A stretch of 64,000 nucleotides of DNA from a virus: positions 49,607 through 113,606 of the IMG/VR virus record IMGVR_UViG_3300018080_000123; one strand, given 5' to 3'. A program made the position numbers and the translations under genes. The notes beneath the pieces were generated by a model. That model ran no database searches and had not been told where the DNA came from. It was given only the letters and a program-made list of their open reading frames with translations. Shown here piece by piece: positions 64,000 to 64,000 of this stretch; positions within the stretch are counted from its first letter, which is position 1; each line of letters begins with the position of its first letter.

Positions 64000-64000
64000 C

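Overview
This window is a 64-kb piece of a large, AT-rich tailed dsDNA phage. Genes are densely packed, almost all on the minus strand, and read in the standard genetic code. I see no rRNA, tRNA, CRISPR array or integrase. The head module is SPO1/Twort (Herelleviridae)-like: TerS, TerL, portal, Mu gpF-like protein, prohead protease, scaffold and major capsid protein. Replication and recombination genes are DnaB, primase, a C-family DnaE, gp32-like SSB, UvsY-like, RecA/UvsX, SbcCD, RuvC-like and an SF2 helicase. Tail-fibre genes lie at the right end and clusters of small early genes lie at about 0-5.6, 12-17 and 52-56 kb. Five things stand out. (1) A phage-encoded c-di-GMP circuit: an intact GGEEF diguanylate cyclase with an I-site behind its own sigma70-type promoter, and about 1.2 kb downstream a stand-alone PilZ receptor that overlaps an HExxH metalloprotease gene. 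(2) A complete 7-deazaguanine DNA-modification cluster (FolE2, QueD, QueE, QueC, QueF, DpdA3-like transglycosylase, PurN-like DpdN), predicting formyl-preQ1 DNA, with an embedded PRTase, P-loop kinase and UDG. (3) A probable split sigma factor (sigma2-only and sigma4-only genes 35 kb apart) together with a recurrent -10-only promoter, TGTATAAT. (4) Head-region polyproteins built from basic modules separated by putative [LIVFM]xK|[AGS] protease sites. (5) A protein-folding and protease kit (GroEL, GroES, trigger-factor-like FKBP, ClpP, trypsin-like protease). All calls come from reading motifs by eye; no database search was run.
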